Shown here piece after piece: positions 36,021-49,010 of a stretch of DNA of 64,000 nt. Source of the stretch: Squalus acanthias. Its lineage: Eukaryota. Every line of letters starts with the position of its first letter. Positions within the stretch are counted from its first letter, which is position 1. The translations under genes and the position numbers were made by a program. The stretch lies in NCBI GenBank assembly GCA_030390025.1, contig CM059437.1, positions 54,684,001-54,748,000 of the forward strand. The letters run 5' to 3'. Below the pieces are notes generated by a model, which had not been told where the DNA came from, did not search any database, and saw only the letters and a list, made by a program, of their open reading frames with translations.

Positions 36021-38382
36021 CATCACATTTGTGAAAGAACATGGTCAGAAAATAATTTTTAAATATCATTGGGCACACAGTATTACATCGAAATTACTGG
36101 TCCTACTCAATCTGCCATAGACATTGTGTCTCAGGAGCTGCGATTTAAAGAGAATGCAAAAAGCAAAAAAGCCGTATCTGGGATAATGATTGGAACCAAT
36201 AGTGACTACAAAGATACTGTAATGTTCAGCTCAAACACGCTAATGAATTTACTAATAAGCTCGATTCGTGCTTCTTTCTCAAATTTTGCACTACTTTTGA
36301 CGAAAATATTGGACTAATATCTGGGCTTGTGTACCATCACTGCTATGGCCGCTCTGCTCGGCTCGAAATAGCTGTTTGGAGATATCTTCGGGGTCAGTGT
36401 GTCACAAAAGATGTCATTAAAGAGAAACAGGCTACAACAAATAACGGCTGTTATTGTGAATAATATTATCCCAATAATAACATCAATATGAAAGTAATGC
36501 CAATAATATTAAATATGAATATTCCTGTGATAAAAAAATGACATATAACCCAGTGTAAGAATGTTGAAGCCGGACTGTCATCATCTCCTGTCTCTTTAGA
36601 TGACCATTCGCGCCGACCATATGTTACAAGCTGTCAATAACAAACCCTCGGTAAATGCTTTATGTAATGTAAAGCACCGGAGAAAAGGCTGAAACGTTTA
36701 TTTTTTTTCATTAAAGCACTGTTGCGATTCAATAGAATGGTAGAATTAGAGGCGAGGTCGCTTCAAATGGTTCTGGCATTGAGGCATCACGTCAGCTGCA
36801 GCGGCGCGTCTCACTAATACCAGGTTTGCCCGGGTCGGTTTAAGAATCTATTGCTATTCTGAGGCGTTCGCCTTGGAACCCAGAACTTCCCTTTGTTTTC
36901 TATACAATTCGGAGGCTGAAACTGGGAGAAGTCCGGAAGAACCACCAACCCCTATTGTCACATTTAGTAATAATCCCCCGGCAGCGCCCGAAGATTAGCT
37001 GAACTTTCTGGTACTGAGATATCTGGAGACCCGTGGGATTATTCAGCAGATTTTACTGCCACTTTAAATTATTGTCGAAACGCTAAGACTTTGACATTTG
37101 TACCAGAGATGTATTCTTAATGTAACAGCTGATAATATAAATAAAGATTTTTGCTGTTTCATGATAGCTAATTTCACCCTCATGTAGTCGAATAACCACG
37201 TCAAATAGCGATAGAGTACCCCCATTTTTGATAATATTACTCCTCTGACTAACTCTAATCACAGAACCAGCAGCAAAGCGCAATGGAGTGAGTACAAAAG
37301 CAGGTACAAAAATCAGAAAAGCTATTTCGAGACATTATTCACACAAAATTATCGATAGGAAGATAACAAGCCCATAACTTGTTAAAATATAGATACCCTG
37401 ACAATTGGATGTGAATCATGCACTGAATGGTTTTCACTCAGTTATGAGACGAGTGGGAGAGAGTTACAACAAGTCGCTGCACTATCCTCCCGCAGTCTCA
37501 ATCCGAGAATGGTGATTAAATCGCGGCAGTGTTTTAATGGGAATGCATTCGGTGTCGATTTGAAACTTTTCAATTTGTGTCTGTAGACTTTTACCGAGAA
37601 CTTATTCTGTGGGCTATAACGGCCGGGTGTAAGATAGTCTGAAAGAGTATGCGCGGTTCACAGAATCATAGAATTGAACAGCTCCGAAGGAAGCCGAATT
37701 CTCCCGCCCCAGCACTTTGATAGATATGTCCACTTAGTGCGATTCCCTTAACTTTCTTTTGTTCTTTTTTACATGTTTATCAACTTCCCTTTTAAGCACG
37801 TTCTTTTAGTAATGCTGTTAAATTTATATCCTCTGCTTACCGACTGACCGATCAGTGAAAATTGTTTTTTTAACTTGCTGCAACTGAATGACTCATGATT
37901 CTGAACATTTCTAGCAGATCACACAGCAAACTTCGACTGAAATGAGCTTCTCTCCTCTCTTGACTTAACAAAACCTACCGGTACTGGTATAATATTAAAA
38001 AATGGCTTCACTTATCTCTCCAAGGCGTTGACACCTCCCTTAAATCGGGCGCCCTTTGTGCTTTGCTAGCTCTTAAATATCACTGGTCGCTGTTCCACAA
38101 CTTCGGTATAAATATATTTTGAGGCCAATAATCTTGAGTTGCAGTAATTCAGTCTACCAATAAATTTGTTTCAATGCATTTGTGGTATTTCATTCGCAGT
38201 GTTAGCAATGTTAGGGAACAGTTTGATGCGCGATTTGGAAACCGAACAGAAAAAAAGATTGACGCTGTGAGAGACTCAGATACGGATATTTTTTGATCGA
38301 GGGAATTTAGACAAAAAAAACAAAAATTGAAAACTGGTAACTGACACAAAACAAATTTGCGCATTACGAATAATTTACTTAC

Positions 38383-38721
38383 TGCCCAAATTCAGCTTGG
38401 TTCCCCTCCCGAAAAATATATAATACGGACTGCTACGCCTCGCAGCGCAGTAATAATCGGCGGCGTCCTCCGATTGCACGTTGATGATGGTTAAATGCAT
38501 CCTCGATGAGTCCGCAGACCCGGTGAATCGATCTGGAATCCCCGAAGGTCTGCTGCTCCCATACCAAACAAGCACAGGGGCACTGCCGGGTTTCTGCCAG
38601 TACCAGCTGGTGTAGTAGCTGCCTATGCTGCCTTCGGACAAGGTACAAGTGATTTTAACGGTTTTGCCCGGGGATGTTGAGATGGGCGGTGGCTGAGTCA
38701 GGACAGGATCCGCGTTGGTAC
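38383..38721 (-). CDS. IGLV: Germline-joined Ig light chain VJ exon (type II / lambda-like)
   Basis: Acceptor CACCAG|GT. Encodes [25 protein letters not shown]...WYWQKPG...[29 protein letters not shown], followed by the donor A|GTAAGT. 339 nt, in frame, with no RSS between V and J. Confidence 0.96.
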
Positions 38722-38864
38722 CTGGTGAAATAACAAGTTATTGATTAGTCACAATTTGTGCCCTTCGAATATTGCTTATAATTCGGGTCTATTCAATTCA
38801 AGCACAAGAAAAAATCAAGGCAATGTAAAAAGCAGGGATATTGAAGCTTACGTTCTGTACTTAC

Positions 38865-38913
38865 TGTGGAGACAGAACATCAGTGCGGCGAGAACTCGAA
38901 CCCATTCAGTCAT
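38865..38913 (-). CDS. Ig light chain leader exon
   Basis: ACCATG start, then MTEWVRVLAALMFCLH plus 1 nt, then a GTAAGT donor. The phase-1 intron of 143 nt is in frame with the VJ exon. Confidence 0.93.
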
Positions 38914-39036
38914 GGTGAAGGTTCTGGTGAAGATCTGAAACAAAATATTTCCTGACACGAATGTAGTTCTGAGCTCTTTCTAAACCTCTCCTTAAGAAGT
39001 TTCAAACATAGCAACGTCATTGAATATTAATTATTC

Positions 39037-39044
39037 ATGCAAAT
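39037..39044 (-). promoter_or_regulatory. Ig promoter octamer ATTTGCAT
   Basis: Perfect octamer in light-chain orientation ~125 nt upstream of the ATG. A TGACGT CRE-like site is at ~39014-39019. Confidence 0.85.
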
Positions 39045-39357
39045 ATCCATCCACATGACCTCGCGCTATAGGAGTCCCAGTCTTGCGTTGACTGGCATTT
39101 GCGCGATCCACATTCCAGCCATTAAAAAGAGAAACAGAGTCAAAGCCACAGAATAAAACACGAGAATGGTTGAATATAGCAATTAAAACGTGAGGTGAAA
39201 TAAAGAGGAACGATTACGTGACCCCAGGCTTGGGTTTTAGAAGCCTGAAGATTATAATAGCGAGGGGAAGCTGAGGGCGGTAATCGGTTCAATAGCTATG
39301 CGGTCCTCGGGAAGAGGAACTGGATAAGGAGATTTTAAGCTGCCATTTCATTTGCAC

Positions 39358-39407
39358 ATAGATAGATAGATAGCTAGATAGATAGAGAGAGAGCGAGAGA
39401 GAGAGAT
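39358..39407. repeat. (GATA)n/(GA)n microsatellite
   Basis: ATAGATAGATAGATAG...GAGAGAGAG. Confidence 0.85.
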
Positions 39408-40679
39408 ACCGACCGACAGACCAGGAAACATTCGACACTTGCAGAGAATTAACCGTTGTGAGAAAAATATGGAAGCGGACACGGATCTTTTTGCAAGAAA
39501 TTTTATTAATATAGCTGAAAGATCTATTTGAGGTCGCAGGAGAAACTGAGGTTCACTATACCAATATATGGAATGACTAAGGCTGAATGAATCAAATGTA
39601 ACAGTTGCTTGTTTCGACTTGTGATCGATATAAAACACTGCAGCGTGAAATCCCGCTGTGGGATGTCATGGTTGAACCTTTGTACGAAATTACATTGCTT
39701 TCTATTTGAATGGGAGAGTTAACTCTTTAAAAGCACCAATCACAAATACATTTCAATCAAATATGTTAAATGTCAGTATCATATCTCACAGCGCGATTTC
39801 ACTGCAACTGTCTTTGAAAAATTGAATAAGTAACATTTTCATTGTCCAGCTGAAGGTCACAGAAGAGAGCAAGCTGTAACGATTCAATCATTGCACTGGG
39901 AGAGTACTGACGGTTGTGAGTTCAGATAGGGACCCATAAATAAATGTCTGCGAATCTTTCTATACATAGGCTTAAATCAGCCTTATTATTTTATGCTATT
40001 ATTTAACCTCACAATTGAAAAGGACCGAATCAATAAAATTAGAAAAGTCCATTGACAATCATTGATGAGAATTTTCTGTAAAGCTACTCTCGACAAATAG
40101 TTCCCTATATTTCCTGTTTTAAAAACACATTTTTGCCGTAAACTTTCCTCGCGATGAGTTAACTCTTGTTATCCAATTGAAGCAATATTTTCCAGACTGG
40201 TGGTCTGGAGAGTGTATAATATAATAGGTTAACAGCTTGGTGTGGTAAAGGTTATTATGGAATGGTTAGTATAGAGTGATACAGTCAAAGCAGAAATGTA
40301 GAAAACGCAGTGTTACATTGGGCGTGGTTCGGCAGAAGGCTTAGAACATCCGATGTAAAGTTATGAAAAATAATCCAGAAGTCAGGAGAAGCAAAACGGA
40401 ACAAAAAGAGGGAGCACAAAAATTGACCAATATACAATGGAAAGACAAATTTCGAAATTATACTTTCACAAGTCCAGGCAGAAAAGATCCAAATCCCTTA
40501 TCTATCCGATCATTAGAGCAATTCTTTATGTTCTTTATTTTAACGAGGACACATTAATACACTAGTAATGAGGACAAGGAATCCTCCTTAAATTATGGTT
40601 CCAGTGGACTACAAGTTTCAAACTGCTAAGAGGAAGACCGAGCCTCAACCTGTCACATTAACACCTCCTCTCGCCTTGA

Positions 40680-40920
40680 TTATCTCTTAATGTCTCTCAA
40701 TGTCTCTTGATCTCTCCTGCTTTCTATCCCACCACTGACCTTCCCTTTTCTTCTTCCATCCCCTCCACCTTTTCCCAGCTTTATACTTGCTTTAAATCTA
40801 TTTCATTTCCTCCTTTTTTCCAGTTCTGACGAAAGGTCTTCGACCTGCAACGTTAACTCTGTTTCTCTCTCCACGGATGCTGCCTGGCCTGCTGACCTTT
40901 TCCAGCGTTTTCTCTTGTTA
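40680..40920 (+). mobile_element. Penelope-like element terminal fragment
   Basis: Pyrimidine-rich tract followed by CAGTTCTGACGAAAGGTCTTCGACCTGCAACGTTAACTCTGTTTCTCTCTCCACGGATGCTGCC. Homologous to 8874-8968. Confidence 0.6.
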
Positions 40921-41689
40921 TTATAAGAGGAAGACCGATCTAGGGTAGCAATGCAATTCATTGATAACCAGGGCGACTGTCTTAGGAGAATGAATGAGGC
41001 AAATTTTGTTCTAGAATTTTGCACTTTGGGGATCGCAGTCCGAAATTACTTTCATTTTTTTCTGAAAACATAATCTACGGTGAACCACGCGGGTAGGAAT
41101 TATTTTAGTCACTGGGTAATGCAATATCCCAAATATTTCCTTGTGTTTTCCTGGTGAAGTTATAAGCATAGGAGACAAGCTTTAATTTAGAAGGTGTACG
41201 ATTTCACTATCAATACTGAATGGGGGAATCTTTGCAAATGCATTTATAATGTCCCACAAATCGTGATCAAATTAATTCTTAATCTATGCTGCCATCAAGT
41301 TGACTGAGCGACACCCGGTGTTAACTCGAAGTTAAACTCAGAGCCATCAATGTTACACTGCACAGCCCTAGAACTAGATGAAACACTGGTCACTTTTGCA
41401 TAAAAAGTGTTGGACACGTTCAATACAGACAGGACAAAGCTCACTAACGTTGGATTAGTCCGACAGGAGTAGGCCGTTCAGCCTCTACATTCTGTTTCGC
41501 CATTAAATTAGATCATGGCTGATCTGCACCTCAACTCAATTTTCCCGCCTTTGTTCCCTATCCGTTACCTAACAAAAGTCTGGCGTTCTCAATCTTGAAC
41601 ATTTTAATTGACCGAGCGTCGCCGGCTTTTAAGGGGTGCGAATTCCAGACCACCACGCCCTTTATGTGAAAAATGCTTCCTGCTTTCAC

Positions 41690-42380
41690 GCAAAAATCGT
41701 TGAAGGTGGCAGGACAGGTTGAGAAAGCGGTTAAAAAAGCATACGGGATACTGGACTTCATAAATAGAGGCATAGAGTACAAAAGCAAGGAAATTATGAT
41801 GAACATTTATAAAACACTGGTTCAGCCTCAACTGGAGTATTGTGTCCAATTCTGGGCAGCGCACGTTAGGAAGGATGTGAAGGCCTTAGAGAGGGTGCAG
41901 AAAAGATTCATGAGAATGATTCCAGGGATGAGGGACTTCAGTCACGTGGATAGACTACAGAAGCTGGGGTTGTTCTCCTTAGAGCCGAGAAGGTTGAGAG
42001 GAGATTTGATAGAGGTATTCAAAATCATGAGGGGTCCAGACAGAGTAGACAGAGAGAAACTGTTCCCATTGGCAGAAGGATCGAGAACCAGAGGACACAG
42101 ATTTAAAATGATTGGCAAAAGAATCAAAGGCGTCCTGAGGGGGAAAAAAATTATGCTGCGAATGATTAGGATCTGGAATGCGCTGCCTGAGAGGGCGGTG
42201 CAGGCAGATTCAATCGTGACTTTCAAACGGTAACTGTATAAGAAGCAGAAGCAAAACAAATTGCAGGGCTACCGGGAAAGGGCAGGGAGTGGGACTAGGT
42301 GAAGTGCTCTTGCAGAGAGTGGCACGGGCTCGACGGGCCGAATGGCCTCCTTTCTGCGCTGTAACCATTCTATGATTCTA
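41690..42380 (+). mobile_element. CR1 3' fragment
   Basis: ORF 41673-42233 encodes the RT C-terminus. Tail ATTCTATG. Confidence 0.85.
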
Positions 42381-42576
42381 AATGATCTAGATCTAATTTT
42401 AAGATTATAACGTCTTGCCTTGGCTTGCCCCATGAGAGAAAATAGTTTATCTGTATCTACCTATCGAATTGTATAATCATTTTAAATATCTCGATTTAAT
42501 CACCCTTCAACCTTCTAAACTCAAGAGAATATAAGCCAAGTTTATGCAACCTATCCGCATAATTTCACCCTTTAAG

Positions 42577-44057
42577 TGCCCATGGATTGGAGGGTAGCTA
42601 ACGTTACCCCACTATTCAAAAAGGGGGGTAGGGAAAAAGCAGGTAATTACAGACCTGTAAGCCTTACATCAGTTGTGGGCAAAATGCTGGAGTCCATCAT
42701 TAAGGATGAAATAGCGGAGCACTTACCAAAAGGGGACAGGATAGGACAGAGTCAACATGGATTTACAAAGGGTAAATCGTGCTTGACTAATCTATTGGAA
42801 TTTTTTGAGGGAGTAACTGGTAAAATAGATGGGGGAGAGCCAGTAGATGTGGTGTACCTGGACTTCCAAAAGACCTTCGACAAGGTCCCACATAAAAGAT
42901 TAGCATGGAAAATTGAAGCTCATGGGATAAAGGGGAAAGTATTGACGTGGATAGAGAACTGGCTGTCAGATAGAAAACAGAGAGTTGGAATAAACGGCTC
43001 ATTTTCTGAATGGCAGGCAGTAACAAGTGGGGTACCACAGGGATTTGTACTGGGTCCCCAGCTGTTCACAATTTACATTAATGACCTGGATCAGGGAGTC
43101 GGATGCAGCATTTCCAAATTTGCAGACGACACTAAACTAGGAGGGGGGGTGGGCTCAGAGGAGGAGACCAGGAAGCTCCAGAGCGATTTGGACAGACTGG
43201 GTGATTGGGCGGATAAATGGCAGATGCACTATAATGTGGACAAGTGCGAAGTTATCCACCTTGGGTGCAGGAACGTGAGGGCAAATTATTATTTAAATGG
43301 CAATAAATTGGGAGAGGGGGGAGTACAGAGAGACCTGGGTGTTCTTGTACACCAGTCACTGAAGGCGAGCATGCAGGTGCAACAGGCGGTCAAGAAGGCA
43401 AACGGTATGCTGGCCTTCATAGCAAAAGGGTTGGAATACAGGAACAGGGATGCCTTGCTGCAGCTGTACAGGGCACTGGTGAGACCACACCTCGAGTACT
43501 GTGTACAGTTTTGGTCGCCTCATCTGAGGAAAGATGTTCTTGCCATGGAGGGGGTGCAGCGGCGATTCACCAGGCTGATACCAGGAATGGCGGGATTGAC
43601 CTATGAGGAGAGACTATGTAGTTTAGGGATGTACACACTGGAGTTTAGAAGATTGAGAGGGGACCTCATAGAAGTGTATAAAATTCTGACAGGTCTAGAC
43701 AGACTAGATGCAGAAGGAATGTTTCCCTTGGCGGGTGAGAACAGAACTAGAGGACATAATTTAAGGATAAGGGCTAAACCATTTAGGACAGAAATGAGGG
43801 GGAATTTCTTCACTCAGAGGGTGGTGAACCTGTGGAACTCATTGCCACAGAGGGCAGTGTACGCCAGCTCATTAAATATATTTAAGAGGGAATTAGATAT
43901 ATTTCTACAGGCAAAAGGGGTTAAGGGTTACGGAGAGAAGGCGGGGACGGGATACTGAATTGGAGGATCAGCCATGATCTCATTAAATGGCGGAGCAGGC
44001 TCGAAGGGCCGGATGGCCTACTCCTGCTCCTATCTTCTATGTATCTATGTATCTATG
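42577..44057 (+). mobile_element. Young 5'-truncated CR1 with an uninterrupted 460-aa RT reading frame
   Basis: ORF 42576-43958 contains FADD. Tail TCTATGTA repeats. TAAG occurs at both junctions. Confidence 0.92.
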
Positions 44058-44544
44058 TAAGCCCTGATATTATTTTGGTGAAGCTGTGCTGTACCTCTTG
44101 CAAGAGTAATATATATTTCCTGGAGTTCAGTGTATAATTTAAACTCAGCACTCCAGATGGGGTCTGCCGAAGGATCTATAGAACTGAATCATCACTTCCT
44201 CACTTCTGACTTCCAGCCCACTTGAGATAAAGCCCAACATTCCATTAACCTTTTTGATTACTTTTTGTACCTGTGCACTACCTTTTAGTGATGTGTGTAC
44301 ATGAACACCTAAATCCCTTTGCTCCTAGTCTCTCACTATAAAGAAAATATTCTAATTTGTCTTTCTTATATCAAAGTGGATGACGTTCCAACATTGAAAT
44401 CCATCTGCCATAGTTTTGCCCACTCAATCTATTTATGTCATTTTTAACTTCCTCGTCCCATCCACACAACTGTGCCTCCTAAATTAGTGTCCACTACAAA
44501 CTTGGATATGCAGCTCTATGTTCCTTGATCTAAGTCATTTTATA

Positions 44545-44771
44545 TATGCTGACACGCCATCGTGACTTGGAAATATATCGCCGATCCTTCATCATAGCTG
44601 GGTCAAAATCCTGGAACTCCCTTCCTAACAGGACTGCGGGAGTACCTACACCACATGGACTGCAGCGGTTCAAGAAGGCAGCTCACCACCACCTTCTCAA
44701 CGGCAACTCGAGATGGGCAATAAATGCTGGCCTTGCCGGCGACACCCACATCCCATGAACGAATAAAAAAA
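44545..44771 (+). mobile_element. 3' end of a different LINE family
   Basis: Encodes ...SWNSLPNRTAG...LQRFKKAAHHHLL and ends in GAATAAAAAAA. Confidence 0.7.
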
Positions 44772-45695
44772 TGCTGAGGCCCCAATATACATCCCTAGGG
44801 ATTACCATTTGTCTTTTCCCGCCCATCAGTGAACGAAACATTTATACCTACTCTATATCTCCTACCTCCCAATCAATTACAAATTAGTGGCTACCTTATA
44901 TTTATGTCTCCCTGTTCTAGACTCATCCGCAAGTGGAAACACTGTATCCACGTTCCCCCTATCTAACTCCTTCATAATTTTAAACACTTCAATCAAGTCT
45001 CCTTTTAGCATCCTCTTTCAGAGATAAGCGACCAGCCTGTATATATTTTCCTGAAAGTTGCATCCTCCAAATTCTGTTAACATCCTTGAAACTCTTTTCT
45101 GAATTTTCTCCAGTGCTTCAATGTCTTTTTTCGAGCATGGAGACCAGAATATTGCAAAGTACTCCAAGTGTGTTCTCACCTAAATTCTATATAAATGTAA
45201 CATTACCTTTCTGCTTTTGTATTCTATTTTCTTAGAAAGAGCCCCAGTACTTTGATTGCACCATTTATGAACATAACAACTTGTGCTGCTCCTTTTAGCG
45301 ATTTATGCATCTGCAGTCCCAATCAGTCTGAACAAAGTAGATTATGTACTAAAAGGATACCAAGTTTGTGATTAGCGTTAAGGTGAATTTACGGAGTGCG
45401 ATTCTTATCTGAGCGTCAGCGAATCTGCCGTTGAGTTGCTGCTAATATCGCTTGCTTCAATATAACTATTATTCAGCAATAATTAACGGAATCGAGTCGT
45501 TACGAAAGAAAGCATGCAATGGCAGAAATTGTACCGTGGTAGGTACGAGGTATCTAAAAGGAAGGCGGTCACAGAGTTTGTCCTGAATTTGTGTAACCAG
45601 ATGATTTAGAAAAAATATAACACGTGCTTTGAATTGTTCACATAAACACACATACACAAGGTTCAGCTTCTTGCCCACACGGAGGAATTCAGTCA

Positions 45696-45788
45696 AGTGC
45701 GGTTTAAACAGAGTGCTGGGAGTTGGGTGAGTCAGGGAGTCAGGTGAAGAGTTGAAGGAGGAGCTCCCTTGCTTCGCCTTTGCTTTTG
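45696..45788 (+). repeat. Direct repeat X, copy 1 (5' boundary of the Tx1 array)
   Basis: Starts abruptly in non-homologous flank, with no TATA segment upstream. Confidence 0.85.
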
Positions 45789-46888
45789 TGACACAGGCTG
45801 CGCGATTCTCAGCTCAGCTCAGCTCGGTGCTGTGTGAACGGGACCGAGTGTAGTTTCAACCAGAGTGCTGAGAATAGGAGAGGAAAGGAAAGGAAATATC
45901 TCTCTTTCTGTGCCTAGGAGGAGACAGAAGACAGAGCGACGAAGGACAGAGTGGAGACCCTTTCCACCTCCACCACGCCTGCAGCTACAAGCTACAACTA
46001 CAGCAACTTCTACTGCTGAGGTACCAGAGGGGAGAGAGGAGAGGGGAGTGGAAAGGAGACCAATAACAACAACGGAGGGAAGCCATTCCATCACTGCCTC
46101 CCCAACTGGTCTCCATTACGAGAGAGGGAGAGTGGAGAAACAAAACCAACACCTGCTTGGAAGGAGGGAGAGCGAGCCATCGAGGAGAATAACATCTAGA
46201 GGTGGGTGTTAAAAAGGGCACTCTCCAAAAGACTTTGTATTTGAGGTGGGGGGAGGAAAGAAGAAGGAGAACACCGGGATAACAAGGGGTGTGTGTGAGT
46301 GTGTGTGGCTCTTGCTAATAACTTGGCCACACACACCATCAACAAGCACCCCTTGCCTATTGCTTCACCTGGGACAGCTGGAGCTGCCCAGAGAAAGTCA
46401 TCAATCTATTTCCCCGTCTACAACATCGTTGAGACCTGGTGGTGGACTGAGCCTGAGCATCTCCAGCTTTATTTGTTTCCCAGGTGAAGACATCTTCTCC
46501 CCCCACCAGAAGACCATCAACAAAGACTATAATTATCATCGAAGAGTGCCCCCCCCCCTACCCCCGCCCGGAAGCACCCACCCACCCACTATCCTGAGTG
46601 GCGAACAGGCCCCTGCGGCCTCCCTCCTTCCTTCCCTCTCTCTCTCTCTCTCTCCCTCTCTGCCTCTCTCTCTCTAACGAGGCACCTCTAATTGTATTAA
46701 TTACCCAATTGAGCAGAGGGGAGAAGGCCCCTCTCCCAATTCCAATCATCAAAGGGAGAGGTGTGCCTTCACTCTTAAAACAACCCCCTCTGCTCAGGGA
46801 CGAGACCAAAAAACCCACTACCGAGGCCATTTCAAACATCACCCGGCCTGTGACTTGGGGTGAGTGTAGCCCTTTATAACACCTCAGT

Positions 46889-48979
46889 ATGGCAAGCACA
46901 TCTTTGCCGGCGACAGGGCCAGCGAGGACGTACGCGGGTGTGGCAGCCACGGCCACAGCTGGTCCCGCTGCTTCTGCTGCCCCGTCGCCTTTCAGGCTAT
47001 TGACCAAAAAGCTGGGGTGAAGAGTTACACTCACCCCAACATGACCATAGAGGCTTGCATCAAAGCCATGGCTGGGGTAGTCGACCCCTCAGCCATCGTA
47101 GCGGCCTCTAAAATCTACGGAAAGGCTGTGTTCTTCCTGGGGTCGGAGCGGACGGTGTCCCTGGCCGTCACCACGGGGCTCACCATGGGCGGGACCTTCC
47201 TGCCAGTGGAGCCGCTCAAGGCCACCGCGCAGTGAATCGTACTATCAAACGTCCCGCCCTTTGTTCCGGTTGAGCTCCTCCTCCCCCACCTACGTCAACT
47301 GGGGGAGGTGAGGTCGGGGATTAATCGGATCCCGCTCGGCTACAGGGAGGCCAGCCTCCGGCATGTCTTCTCCTTCCGGCGCCAGCTGTTTATCCAGCTG
47401 GTGCGGGAGGAGGACACGGAGGGCGCGTTTAACGTCCAACACGAGGGGACCGCCTACCGCGTCTTCTGGACGTCGGATGGTGTGCGGTGCCACGCCTGTA
47501 AGGAGGTGGGGCACATAAGAAAGAACGGCCCCGCCTCCAAGGCCGCCAAAACATCTGAAGCGGCCAAGGCTGGCGCCGCCGCTGCTCCTCCCCCTGTTTC
47601 TGTCCACGCGTCTGCGACACCCGATGCGCGGTCGACGCCGGAGGTCGACGCCGTTGCGGCCTCCGGCATAGGGGAGGGGGAGCGTCCGATCGGAAGAAAG
47701 GTACGGAGGAAAACTAAACACCTTCAGGCGGGTCCTCCAGATGTACACGACGATTTACCCGCGCTTATGCCCCCGTACATTGCGTGGGTGGTGGTGGAGT
47801 TCGAGAGTGCGAGGGGCCTCGTGCCCGGGCCTGTGGCCGCAACTGCCAAGTCAGCAAAATCGAGACCTGCGGCCGTGACCGGGCCCGGGCCACCCGAGCA
47901 AACCGATCGACAGGGGGGAGCGGAGGTGGAGGCCTCGGTACACATGGAGGTCTCCCAACCTCCGTGTCCCTCCACACTGAAAAGGAGGTGCGACGCACTG
48001 GAGCAGGAGGAGGACCGTGAGGAACGGGGTCCCCCATCGCAAGGGGAGTCGTCGCTCACCGCGGGTGCTGCGCTCCCCCACACCGACACCGTCACAGTCA
48101 CCGACATCCGGCAGGGGTCGCCTGTCCCCCGGGAGGGTACGACAGATGAGTCTGTTCAGCCTGTGCCTCCCGGGGATGGGGAAGAGACGCTGCTCGTGGG
48201 GGGTGCCGCGGAACTACCCGCAGAGGGAAATTATACCGAACCGTTGTTTCTCGCCAGTTCGGGTGTCCTGGGGAGCAGGGTGGGCGAGGCCGAAGAGGCT
48301 CAGCCCGCCGTATACGGTAAGGACTACTCCTAGGTGCTGCTCGACCTGGTGGAGCAATTAAATCAAGGTCCCCGGTCCGCTGGGTTGGAGGATGGTGGCG
48401 GTGAAGGGGAATGCCCCCTGACTCCATCTCTGACGCTGGCACCGGGGGTGTTGGGGGAACTGGCACTAATGTACTCCCCGGTTTCCCCGTGCACCCCGGT
48501 GCCGGGGGCAGAGGGGGCCCTGGGCCGCCGCTGCTTCCTGACCCGGCGCCTCTGTAGGAGCCCAGGGAGGACTCCTCTGCCGCCGATCCTGGGGGTGGGA
48601 TCGGGGCAGAAGTAGGGCCAGCTGATGGCGACCCCCGGAGGAGGACGGGGACCCGGCGGAGGACACTGAGGATGACATGGACACTGTCACCAGCGAGGCG
48701 GCGGATACCCTCGTGCCCCCCTCCGGGAGCCCCCTCATCCCCGTTGTGGAACTCCGGGACTTTCTGGCATTGGGCCAGGTTCGCCAGGATATAATCCGGC
48801 TGGCCATTAATAAATGGTCGGTTCTGGCGCTGCTCGTTTGCTCCGTCCGCGCCGCCATCAAAACCAAGGGCGCGGACGGGGGCATGGGCCCGGCCGAGCA
48901 GCGTCGGATCCGGAAGTTCCTCGCTGGGCTTAGAAGGGAGTGGCGGTCGACTAGCGGCCGCGCTCCCTCCTCCCGTTAG
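46889..48979 (+). pseudogene. Tx1 ORF1, copy B
   Basis: Knuckle CHACKEVGHIRKNG. Stops at ~47233 and ~48331, plus frameshifts. Confidence 0.85.
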
Positions 48980-49010
48980 AGTAAGGTAGAGGTTGCACTA
49001 TGCTCTTGTC

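Larger units (their letters stand above)
41460..44530 (-). mobile_element. Old CR1, split twice by younger antisense CR1 insertions
   Basis: Collinear minus-strand pieces at 41460-41683, 42381-42575 and 44059-44530. Confidence 0.7.

Noticed and set aside
35151-38382. Extra J segments, RSS or an intronic enhancer in the J-C intron
   Set aside because: No convincing heptamer-spacer-nonamer or FGXG motif was found by eye. Scattered E-boxes are expected by chance.
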